The notes beneath the pieces were generated by a model. The model had not been told where the DNA came from. It ran no database searches and saw only the letters and a program-made list of their open reading frames with translations. The position numbers and the translations under genes are program-made. From positions 1-5,206 of the forward strand of contig NQJD01000071.1 of the NCBI GenBank assembly GCA_004284765.1: 5,206 bases of DNA, written 5' to 3'. The stretch's first letter is position 1, and the number at the start of each line of letters is the position of its first letter. The stretch comes from Candidatus Electronema aureum. GTDB lineage: Bacteria > Desulfobacterota > Desulfobulbia > Desulfobulbales > Desulfobulbaceae. Shown here one piece after another: positions 4,980-5,206 of the stretch.

Positions 4980-5206
4980 TTAGATCGTCTGGAAAACCGT
5001 CTCGACGCAAACGCTTAAACTCTTGATGCCGTCAGCTATTTTTTTAATTTTCGCCTTCATGGAAGCCCAAAATTTTTCTATCGGGTTTAAATCAGGGGAA
5101 TAAGGCGGCAAAAAAAGCAGCCTGCAAGAAAACTTTTTCACAAGCTCCTTCGTTTTTTCTGATTTATGAAAACTTGCGTTGTCCATCACAACAAGAGAAT
5201 TTTTGG
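4980..5206 (-). CDS. IS630-family (Tc1/mariner-like) DDE transposase, C-terminal part; gene continues beyond the right window edge
   Basis: The translation ...KNSLVVMDNASFHKSEKTKELVKKFSCRLLFLPPYSPDLNPIEKFWASMKAKIKK carries the IS630 signatures DNASFH and LPPYSPDLNPIE. Exactly 34 residues separate that Asp from the Glu (DD34E spacing). The frame stays open from 5189 to the window edge at 5206, and the track M at 5189 is a GTG inside the gene. Confidence 0.85.
   Translation of the reverse strand, partial: KNSLVVMDNASFHKSEKTKELVKKFSCRLLFLPPYSPDLNPIEKFWASMKAKIKKIADGIKSLSVCVETVFQTI

Overview
The core of the window (1260-4027, + strand) is an intact housekeeping block: rho, rpmE (Zn-ribbon type L31) and prfA (RF1). 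Each shows its family motifs along the full length. A near-consensus sigma70-type promoter precedes rpmE, and strong stem-loops follow rpmE and prfA. Both flanks are accessory or mobile DNA. The left flank holds the first 30 codons of a DDE transposase running off the window edge and a cluster of GTAGG-core repeats that includes a perfect 19-bp tandem duplication. It also holds a DUF4160/DUF2442 two-gene cassette (TA-like, function unknown) whose first gene looks frame-disrupted, and about 400 bp containing only a pair of mutually antisense orphan ORFs. The right flank starts directly after the prfA hairpin with a 5' fragment of an IS982-like transposase gene. Next comes a low-GC orphan 90-aa ORF with an acyl-carrier-protein-like pattern, then the 3' part of an IS630-family transposase running off the right edge. 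I see no rRNA, tRNA or CRISPR array. Nothing here is a demonstrable new multi-gene system. The best follow-up candidates are the broken DUF4160/DUF2442 cassette with its adjacent repeat cluster, and the IS-bracketed carrier-protein-like orphan. All family assignments come from my own reading of the translations, not from any database search.
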